A DNA stretch of 64,000 nt, from the NCBI GenBank assembly GCA_034927595.1, contig JAYFPQ010000057.1, positions 24,690 to 88,689 on the forward strand. Direction: 5' to 3'. Below are positions 1-8,288 of the stretch, piece by piece; position 1 is the stretch's first letter; each line of letters starts with the position of its first letter. The notes under the pieces were generated by a model. The model did not search any database, was not told the DNA's origin, and was given only the letters and a program-made list of their open reading frames with translations. The DNA comes from Christensenella sp. Its GTDB lineage: Bacteria; Bacillota; Clostridia; Christensenellales; CAG-138. Both the position numbers and the translations under genes were made by a program.

Positions 1-2
1 CC

Positions 3-623
3 AAGCTGCTCGCCGTGGTGCTGCTGACCGCGCGCGGAACCGTGTTTCTCTATCAGGGGCAGGAGCTTGGTGCCGCGAACGTGGACTTTCAGGATCTCTC
101 CGAGCTGCGTGACATCGAGAGCCTGAACAAGTACGAGAGCTTGATCGAGTCCAGCGTATCGCCGGAAGCGGCTTGGAAGACCGTTCTTTGCGGCACGCGC
201 GACCACGCGAGAACGCCAATGCAATGGACGAACGGAACGTATGCGGGTTTCTCCGAACACGAACCGTGGATTCGCGTGGGCGACAAGGACAACTACAACG
301 CCGAAGGCGAAATGCAGGAGGAAACCTCCGTCTGGCACGCCTACCAAACGCTGATTGCCCTACGAAAGGCGCATCCGGCGCTGGTCTACGGCAAGTTTGA
401 ACCGGTGGAAGCCAATAAGGACGACGTGTTCTGCTATTTCCGGGACGACGGGGACGAGCGATTCTACATTGAAATCAACCTATGTGCGCGCAACATCAGC
501 CAGCCGCGCGTCAAGTGCAAGATGGAGCTTATCTACTCCAACTACATGGCGCAGGGCGACGGCCTTCAGCCGTATGAGGCAAACGTCTACCGAATCGATG
601 CGCCGGTGTTCGAAACCGTCTGA
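3..623 (+). CDS. GH13 alpha-glucosidase / oligo-1,6-glucosidase family, C-terminal fragment (5' end lies outside the window)
   Basis: The frame is open from the window edge (in phase from nt 3) to TGA 621-623. 'GTVFLYQGQELG', 'TRDHARTPMQW' and 'LIALRKAHPALVYG' are typical of the end of the GH13 catalytic barrel and the C-terminal beta domain. Confidence 0.75.
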   Translation, partial: KLLAVVLLTARGTVFLYQGQELGAANVDFQDLSELRDIESLNKYESLIESSVSPEAAWKTVLCGTRDHARTPMQWTNGTYAGFSEHEPWIRVGDKDNYNAEGEMQEETSVWHAYQTLIALRKAHPALVYGKFEPVEANKDDVFCYFRDDGDERFYIEINLCARNISQPRVKCKMELIYSNYMAQGDGLQPYEANVYRIDAPVFETV

Positions 624-705
624 CGAGCCATCCAGCCACGCGGCGCGGAATTGGTTCGTTCGCATTCCGGCCGGAAGCGGCAGCAAGCAATGTAACGTTT
701 TCGTG

Positions 706-744
706 AATTGGGCGGGGGGACGGTTGTCTTCCCGCCCAATTTTC
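706..744 (+). terminator. Intrinsic terminator after the GH13 gene
   Basis: Stem AATTGGGCGGG (706-716) pairs with CCCGCCCAATT (731-741) and is followed by a T-run. Confidence 0.6.
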
Positions 745-812
745 ATTACACTCAATTCGAGTAGTTTGGAAGAGTGTGCGCAACATGGCGTGCATTCGAT
801 GAAGGAGAGCGC

Positions 813-2252
813 ATGAAGAAACGGTTGATCCGCGTTCTAGGCATATTGTTATTGCTCTGTATGACGGGGCTTCCGTTATCGAACGCGCATGCAGCAAGCA
901 TCACGACCGGTATGATCACCGGGGACAACATAGCGCTGCGAAAGACCGCCTCGAGCAGCGGCTCGCTGATTACGCGGCTGGACGAAGGGACGATCGTCAA
1001 AATTCTGGAGACGAACGTAAACTCGGAATGGTACCGTGTCGAAGCGGCAAAACGGACGGGCTACGTCAACCGTATGTACGTCAACATCGACGCGTCGCTG
1101 GCTTCCTATCAAATGAGCTATACGGGAACCATCATCAACTGCGACACCGAAATCAACGTACGCGCATCCGCCTCGACAGGGGCAAAGAAGCTTGGCGCCG
1201 CGAAGAAGGGGGAGCAGTTCACCGTAACGCAGGCCTACGCCTCCGGCGCATGGCACGCAATCGATTTTAACGGAACCACGGGCTATGTCTCCGCGGATTA
1301 CGTCGAGCTCAAGGCGAGCGTTGGAAACGACGTGCTCTCCGGTTTGGAGATTACAGGCGGAACGCTCTCGCCCAAGTTTTCGCCGACCGAATACGGCTAT
1401 GTGCTGACCGCAACGCAGGGCGAGGTGGTTGTCAAGGGGATTGCCAACGACGGCGTAAAGGTCAGCATTGGTTCGACGGGCATTGCAAGCGCGAAATACA
1501 CAATCAATTCCGGCAACAGTAAAACCATTCGCATCACGGTGAACGGAAAGGTCAAGTATTCGATCTATCTGGTTCGGGATGTGCTGACTGTTGGCACCTG
1601 GAACATCAAGCGCGGAAACGACAATCTGTTGATGCAAGGTTGGCTGATTGCCGCGCAGAAGCCGGACATTCTCGGCGTTCAGGAAGTCTACATCAACAAA
1701 AAAGAGAAGACGAACAACCTGCTCTCAGTGCGCACGCGCAACATGCAGAATATGTCCTTTGCGGAGACGATTGCTTATGACTCCGGCGGGCGCTACGGCA
1801 TCGGCCAGATTTCGAAGTTCAAGCCGCAAAACGAGCAGATCACGCTGCTTTCGAGCGAGGACAAGGAGCAGCGCTGCCTGCAAAAAGAGGAGTACGTCAT
1901 CGACGGAAAGCGCGTCTCCGTCTACAATACGCACTTTTCCTACGAATCCGCGTCAATTCGCAGGAAGCAGTTTTCCGAAGTGCTCGCAATCATGGACGCG
2001 GACAAGAACGACTACAAAATTCTCACCGGCGACTTCAACGCGGAGGAAAAGGAGTTCGCGGGATTCCTTAAGAATTACCGCGTGGTCAACACCAGCGAAA
2101 CGAAGTTTTACGACTACAAATATAAGCGGATTGCGATGTCGCAGATTGACAACATCATCGTTTCCAAGAACATCACCGTGCTCAACGCCCGCGCAATCCC
2201 GACGGAGTATTCCGATCATTATCCGCTGTTTGCGTTTCTCGCGTTAAAATAA
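813..2252 (+). CDS. Secreted multidomain protein: signal peptide, 2x SH3b, cadherin-like beta-sandwich, C-terminal endonuclease/exonuclease/phosphatase (EEP) domain
   Basis: ATG 813 follows RBS GAAGGAGAG (801-809). The signal peptide is MKKRLIRVLGILLLLCMTGLPLSNAHA. There are two SH3b-like repeats ('WYRVEAAKRTGYVNRMYV', 'WHAIDFNGTTGYVSADYVE'). 'LSGLEITGGTLSPKFSPTEYGYVL' is the cadherin-like motif. EEP motifs are 'TWNIKRG', 'GVQEV', 'LTGDFN' and 'SDHYPLFA'. Confidence 0.8.
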   Translation: MKKRLIRVLGILLLLCMTGLPLSNAHAASITTGMITGDNIALRKTASSSGSLITRLDEGTIVKILETNVNSEWYRVEAAKRTGYVNRMYVNIDASLASYQMSYTGTIINCDTEINVRASASTGAKKLGAAKKGEQFTVTQAYASGAWHAIDFNGTTGYVSADYVELKASVGNDVLSGLEITGGTLSPKFSPTEYGYVLTATQGEVVVKGIANDGVKVSIGSTGIASAKYTINSGNSKTIRITVNGKVKYSIYLVRDVLTVGTWNIKRGNDNLLMQGWLIAAQKPDILGVQEVYINKKEKTNNLLSVRTRNMQNMSFAETIAYDSGGRYGIGQISKFKPQNEQITLLSSEDKEQRCLQKEEYVIDGKRVSVYNTHFSYESASIRRKQFSEVLAIMDADKNDYKILTGDFNAEEKEFAGFLKNYRVVNTSETKFYDYKYKRIAMSQIDNIIVSKNITVLNARAIPTEYSDHYPLFAFLALK

Positions 2253-2263
2253 ACGGGTGCAAC

Positions 2264-2294
2264 AAAAAGACTCCGCCATGTGGCGGAGTCTTTT
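2264..2294. terminator. Bidirectional intrinsic terminator between convergent genes
   Basis: AAAAA-GACTCCGCC-atgt-GGCGGAGTC-TTTT: a perfect 9-bp stem flanked by an A-run and a T-run. Confidence 0.75.
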
Positions 2295-2319
2295 GCGTAC
2301 AGAGGAGCATGTAGAAAGC

Positions 2320-3621
2320 TTACTGGAACGAAATCGTATTGACGTACCCTTCGCGGGATTCCAGCGCGTTTTTACCCGCGTACTTCTTGGCGTCCTTGCC
2401 AAAGAGCGCGTCCGGCCCATACCAATCGTCGCCAACGATGCAGGAGACGCGATAGAAACCGGTTGGCAGCAGCACCGTCGTCGACTTGCCGCCGACGATG
2501 AACAATCCTGCGCTCAGGGTACCCTCTTCGGAGACATCCTCGCCGGAGATGGCGTAAAGACGAATGTAGTAGTAGCGTCCGAGCGTTCCACCGGCTTTGA
2601 AGACGATCTTGTTGCCCGTGCTCGTGCCTTCAAGCACCGTGCCGGATTCGGGCGGGTCGAGCGGCTGAATGCGCCAGGAGGCGTTGACCGCGTCGGACGC
2701 GGCTGCTTCGGCCTGCTGCTTGGCGACCGTTACGTGGGCAATCAGGTCTGTCGCGTCGACCAATGCATATGTGCCCGCAGCCGGGTCGTAGGACGCGGTA
2801 ATCGTGTCCTGTACGCGGGGCATAGCGGAGGTATCGATCCGGCTTAGTCCGTCTGCAGTGAGCGTAATGGTGATCGGGTCGCCATAGAAGGATTGATTGT
2901 ACGAGTTGACATACGCCTCGCCGAGAGCGGAGTAGACCGCCGTCGGGTCGGGGTATGACACGGTGGCCGTATACGCGCCGTCCGATGCTTGCGTGACGTT
3001 TGAGAACTCGACGAGCGCGGCATATTCCGCGCCGCCAAGCGGTTCGGCAAGCAGAGATGCCAGAGAACTGTTGAGTTGCGCAAGTTGCGTGTTCTTCTGG
3101 TACGCTTCGTTCGCGTTTAAGATCTGCAGCATGCTGTTTTCCACCGCTTGCTGAATGGCCGTCTTGCTTCCGGTGGTGATGGAGGCCGTCCAACCGTTAC
3201 CGGAGGACATGACGTCAAACGTGACGGGAACGCGGATGGTAGAAGCGGTGGGGTTCTTGAGCGCATAGGTCTCCAGAGCCTGCCGAATCGAAAGGATCGC
3301 TTTCTTTTGATATTGTTCCGTGCTGACGGTGGTTGCGTCTGGCTCCGGAACGGTATAGGGCACGTTCTGAAACTCGGCGCTCGTATAGTCTGGTATTTCG
3401 ACCGAAATTGTATAGTTCACCACGCTCTGTTTCGGGTCGATCTTTGAATAGCCGTCTTTCACCTGGGTTGAAAGATCGCGCACCACGATGTAATAGTCCG
3501 AGTAGCCGACAATCGCCTGCTCAATCGCTTTCTGGTGCTGCGAAGCCGCGCCGCATGCGCTGAGCGCGAGCGTGCTTAAAAGAAATAGAAGCGGCAATCC
3601 AATACGGCGTAATTGCTTCAT
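2320..3621 (-). CDS. Hypothetical lipoprotein (433 aa)
   Basis: The N-terminus MKQLRRIGLPLLFLLSTLALSAC carries a lipobox (LSAC). The ORF is long with coding-like composition. I recognise no catalytic motif. Confidence 0.7.
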   Translation of the reverse strand: MKQLRRIGLPLLFLLSTLALSACGAASQHQKAIEQAIVGYSDYYIVVRDLSTQVKDGYSKIDPKQSVVNYTISVEIPDYTSAEFQNVPYTVPEPDATTVSTEQYQKKAILSIRQALETYALKNPTASTIRVPVTFDVMSSGNGWTASITTGSKTAIQQAVENSMLQILNANEAYQKNTQLAQLNSSLASLLAEPLGGAEYAALVEFSNVTQASDGAYTATVSYPDPTAVYSALGEAYVNSYNQSFYGDPITITLTADGLSRIDTSAMPRVQDTITASYDPAAGTYALVDATDLIAHVTVAKQQAEAAASDAVNASWRIQPLDPPESGTVLEGTSTGNKIVFKAGGTLGRYYYIRLYAISGEDVSEEGTLSAGLFIVGGKSTTVLLPTGFYRVSCIVGDDWYGPDALFGKDAKKYAGKNALESREGYVNTISFQ

Positions 3622-3804
3622 ACGCGTTTCCTCATCGATTCGAGTCGATCACATATTGCTCAAATAGTATTACATGAATATGCAATATTAAGCATACATA
3701 CTGTAACACACGGCGTGTTCTGCGTCAATTGATCAAACGGAGCGGAACCCCGTTCACCAAACAATATTCGAACGGAAACGTCCTTATTCTATTGCGAGAA
3801 ATGT

Positions 3805-3832
3805 GAAAGAGAGCGCCGAAGCGCTCCCTTTG
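3805..3832 (-). terminator. Probable terminator downstream of gap
   Basis: On the minus strand: GGGAGCGC-TTCG-GCGCTCTC followed by TTTCACATTT. Confidence 0.5.
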
Positions 3833-3850
3833 TTGCAGTTGGATATTCGA

Positions 3851-4879
<1,029 letters not shown>

Positions 4880-5039
4880 TTATTGATATACGAAGTAATT
4901 CAGGTCGGGTTTTACTTCTTAAAACCCAAAGTATTGTACAATATCTGCCGTATATGCGCAAGAAAAAACTTTCTTAGCGCGGCTCATAAAACAAGTTGAA
5001 TCGCTCTTTTCAGATCGATTACAACGAAACAAAAGCGGA

Positions 5040-5978
5040 TTAGTCGAGGTTGTATTTTTCCGAAACGATGTACAGAGGCCTGCCTTTGAGTTCGTCGTAC
5101 ATCCGCCCGAGGTACATGCCCTGCAGCCCCATAAAGAAGAGCGTGAGTCCCTGCACGAGCAGAATTCCGTCCGCCGCCCAGAGCCAACTCGCAACGCCGC
5201 GGACAATCGCAACGATGATCAGCGCAAGAAGCCCGAAGCCTGCGAGCACGCAAAGGCCGATTCCAAACTGCATCGGCATCGTGAGCGGTTTGTCCGAAAA
5301 GCCGGTGATGCCGTCGCTCGCGAGACGAAGCATCTTTTTGAGCGTGTACTTCGTTTTGCCCGCAAAGCGCTCCTGCCGCTCGTATTCGATTGGCACCGCG
5401 TTGTAACCCATCCACGCGGACATGCCGCGCAGGAAACGATTGTGCTCGCGCATCTGTAAAAACAGATCGGCAACGTTGCGGCCAACGAGCCGGAAATCGC
5501 CCGTGTCGAGCGGTATGGGGTAGGCGCTCATCCAGGAGAGCAGGCGGTAGTACATCGCGGCCGTGAGCTTCTTAAACAGGGTTTCGCCCTTGCGCTTGAG
5601 GCGCTTGCCGTAGACGATGTCCGCGCCGTCTTCCCACATCTTGACCATCTGCGGAATCAGCTCCGGCGGGTCCTGCAAATCGACGTCGATGATGATCAGC
5701 GCGTCGCCCTTTGCCGCGTCCATACCGCAGGTGACCGCGAGCTGGTGACCAAAGTTGCGGGAGAACGAGAGCACCTTTACCTGCTTGTGCTCATTGGCAA
5801 GCTCGCGCAGCTGAGAGAGCGTATTGTCACGACTGCCGTCGTTGACGTAGACGATTTCATAGGGGTATCCGGTGCTTTGCATCGCCGCGTCCATCCGCGC
5901 AAACGAATCCTTGAGCACTTCCTGCTCGTTGAATACGGGAATCACAAGGGACAGCATCTGCTTCTTCTTCGGGTCCAT
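5040..5978 (-). CDS. GT2 polyprenyl-phosphate glycosyltransferase (GtrB/CsbB/ArnC-like)
   Basis: 'LSLVIPVFNEQEV', 'YVNDGSRDNT' and 'IIIDVDLQDPPE' (DxD) are present, plus two C-terminal TM helices. I chose ATG 5978 because GGAGGAG (5985-5991, minus) lies 6 nt upstream. Confidence 0.85.
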   Translation of the reverse strand: MDPKKKQMLSLVIPVFNEQEVLKDSFARMDAAMQSTGYPYEIVYVNDGSRDNTLSQLRELANEHKQVKVLSFSRNFGHQLAVTCGMDAAKGDALIIIDVDLQDPPELIPQMVKMWEDGADIVYGKRLKRKGETLFKKLTAAMYYRLLSWMSAYPIPLDTGDFRLVGRNVADLFLQMREHNRFLRGMSAWMGYNAVPIEYERQERFAGKTKYTLKKMLRLASDGITGFSDKPLTMPMQFGIGLCVLAGFGLLALIIVAIVRGVASWLWAADGILLVQGLTLFFMGLQGMYLGRMYDELKGRPLYIVSEKYNLD

Positions 5979-6192
5979 CTGTCGCTCCTCCAACGATCCA
6001 TCCACCATGCCAAAAGGCACTGGCGGGAATTGGTTCCTTCTCTACTGCATTATAGTGTATTTTGACCGGAAAGGCAATTTTGATTCCGAATTGTGTATGC
6101 AACTATTCATTTGCGAGCGCTTATTTCAGCGAAGCGAATGCAACAATCTTCGTCAAATCGATTCCGCTATACGGAATTCCGGCAATTTTTGA

Positions 6193-6220
6193 TTGCTTTT
6201 TGACCGTCTTGTGGTAGAAT
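6193..6220 (+). promoter_or_regulatory. Candidate sigma-A promoter for fba (extended -10)
   Basis: TTGCTT (6193-6198), a 16-nt spacer ending in TGG, then TAGAAT (6215-6220). Confidence 0.45.
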
Positions 6221-6267
6221 ACGTATCGAAAGAACAAGACAACCTCAAGAAAAGGAGAATATACACA

Positions 6268-7203
6268 ATGCCTATCGTAACCAGCAAAAAGATGTTTGCG
6301 GACGCATATGCCGGCGGCTATGCCATCGGTGCGTTCAACGTCAACAACATGGAGATCATCCAGGGCATCACCGAGGCCGCGAAAGAACTCAAGGCTCCGT
6401 TGATCCTCCAGGTCAGCTCCGGCGCGCGCAAGTATGCCAACCACACCTATCTGATGAAGCTCATCGAAGCCGCCTGCATCGAGACGGACCTGCCCATCTG
6501 CGTCCACCTCGACCACGGTGATACGTTTGAACTCTGCAAGAGCTGCATCGACGGCGGTTTTTCCTCCGTCATGATCGACGGTTCGCACCATGGCTACGAA
6601 GAGAACGTAAAGCTGACCCGTCAGGTCGTCGAGTATGCGCATGACCACGGCGTGGTCGTCGAAGGCGAGCTTGGCCGCCTCGAAGGCGTGGAAGACGACG
6701 TAAAGGTTGCCGCGGGCGAAGGCAGCTACACCGACCCCGCACAGGTTCAGGATTTCGTTTCGCGCACCGGCGTGGACTCGCTGGCAATTGCCATCGGCAC
6801 CAGCCACGGAGCGTACAAGTTCAAGCCCGGCACGAAACCGCAGCTCCGCTTCGACATTCTCAAGGATGTGGAAAAGCTCCTGCCCGGGTTCCCGATCGTT
6901 CTGCACGGTGCTTCCAGCGTCATTCCGGAGTTCGTGAAGATGATCAACGAAAACGGCGGCAACATGCCGGACGCGATCGGCGTTCCGGAGGATATGCTCC
7001 GCGAAGCGGCGCGCATGGCGGTCTGCAAGATCAACATCGACAGCGACCTGCGTCTTGCCATGACGGCGACCATCCGCAAGTACTTCAACGACAACCCGTC
7101 CCACTTTGACCCGCGCCAGTATCTCGCTCCGGCGCGCGTGGCGATTAAGAACATGGTTTCCCATAAGATCACCACTGTTCTTGGCTGCGACGGCAAAGCG
7201 TAA
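6268..7203 (+). CDS. fba: Class II fructose-1,6-bisphosphate aldolase
   Basis: 'GYAIGAFNVNNME', 'VHLDHG' and 'LVLHGASSV'-type motifs are present. ATG 6268 follows RBS AAAGGAGA (6251-6258). Confidence 0.95.
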   Translation: MPIVTSKKMFADAYAGGYAIGAFNVNNMEIIQGITEAAKELKAPLILQVSSGARKYANHTYLMKLIEAACIETDLPICVHLDHGDTFELCKSCIDGGFSSVMIDGSHHGYEENVKLTRQVVEYAHDHGVVVEGELGRLEGVEDDVKVAAGEGSYTDPAQVQDFVSRTGVDSLAIAIGTSHGAYKFKPGTKPQLRFDILKDVEKLLPGFPIVLHGASSVIPEFVKMINENGGNMPDAIGVPEDMLREAARMAVCKINIDSDLRLAMTATIRKYFNDNPSHFDPRQYLAPARVAIKNMVSHKITTVLGCDGKA

Positions 7204-7218
7204 AAAATTAGCATCAAC

Positions 7219-7250
7219 AAACAAGGCACCCGTAAGGGTGCTTTGTTTTA
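7219..7250 (+). terminator. Intrinsic terminator after fba
   Basis: ACAAGGCACCC-gtaa-GGGTGCTTTGT followed by TTTTAT. Confidence 0.75.
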
Positions 7251-7537
7251 TCTCGACATTTCACAATCACCATGAGAGTCAGCCAGACGGTTCTAATCAT
7301 CGGAATGATCAGGAAAGCCAGTCTAAATCGAATGTACCCCTAAAAATATTGTATAAAACAGGGCTATTATCGCTTGAATAGTGCAACTATCGACAGCACT
7401 GTGTGCGCGAAGCGTTTCTGATTTATAAATGGTAATATGCGTTGTGTTATACTAGAAGAGATAGAACTCGTTTTGAACATATCGGTATATCTTTTATTTA
7501 CTGGTTTTATATACAGACTTTATTCTTGTGAGGGGTT

Positions 7538-8209
7538 ATGAATCTTATCATCTTTATTATTTTATTCGTGTTGATTTGGCTTTTGATCGAAATTCTTTCG
7601 ATCGTGTTAAAGCTGACCGGATTGGAACTGAACAAAGCTCGCTTTCAGGTGATTTCGATTCTGACGCATACTGGTTTTACGACGCGCGAATCGGAGCTGA
7701 TCGTACAGCATCCAACAAGAAGGCGAATTGCAAGCGCGCTGATGATCATCAGCTATGTTGCGCAGATTACTTTGATCACGCTGTTATTTAATGTATTAAC
7801 CCAGGCGTCCCAAAACATTCTCGGCACTGCGATTGCTTTATCGATCATGATGCTCTTCGTAATTGTCGTGACCCAGAGCAAATATCTTTCCGAGCGATTT
7901 GACAAGGTGACGGAGAAGTTACTGAAAAACAAGATAAAAAAGATGAATTCCAACGGTCGCATCGAGCAAGTTCTAAACCTGAGTCCTGAATTTAGCATCT
8001 ATGAATTGATTGTGGATACGGAGAGTTTCATTTGCGACAAAACCTTGCAGGAACTGCAAATGAAAGAGCATTATATTCAGATTTTGAAAATCGACCGCGG
8101 TTCGGAAATGATCGACTTTCCAAGAGCCGACACAAAGGTTCTGGCGGGAGACCGCATGATCGTATACGGCAAAATCGACGCACTGACACAGTTGATCATG
8201 AAGCAGTAG
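7538..8209 (+). CDS. Membrane protein with a C-terminal TrkA-C (RCK_C) domain
   Basis: RBS GTGAGGGG precedes ATG 7538. The N-terminus has hydrophobic helices and the motif 'KLTGLELNKARFQVISILTHTGFTTRESE'. The C-terminal 'LAGDRMIVYGKIDAL' region is typical of TrkA-C. The stop is TAG 8207-8209. The gene is markedly more AT-rich than its flanks. Confidence 0.7.
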   Translation: MNLIIFIILFVLIWLLIEILSIVLKLTGLELNKARFQVISILTHTGFTTRESELIVQHPTRRRIASALMIISYVAQITLITLLFNVLTQASQNILGTAIALSIMMLFVIVVTQSKYLSERFDKVTEKLLKNKIKKMNSNGRIEQVLNLSPEFSIYELIVDTESFICDKTLQELQMKEHYIQILKIDRGSEMIDFPRADTKVLAGDRMIVYGKIDALTQLIMKQ

Positions 8210-8241
8210 CAGGGGAACTGATTCGAAAAGAAGCAATGTAT

Positions 8242-8269
8242 AAGAGCGCACCCTCGCGGGTGCGCTCTT
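8242..8269. other. 12-bp perfect hairpin between convergent genes (terminator-like, no clear U-tract)
   Basis: AAGAGCGCACCC-tcgc-GGGTGCGCTCTT. Confidence 0.45.
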
Positions 8270-8288
8270 GCGTTACATCTAGAATGCC

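Noticed and set aside
4904-4924. The hairpin GGGTTTTA-cttct-TAAAACCC between the GT2 gene and gap
   Set aside because: There is no U-tract on either strand and no recognisable operator consensus. The sequence alone does not tell me its role.
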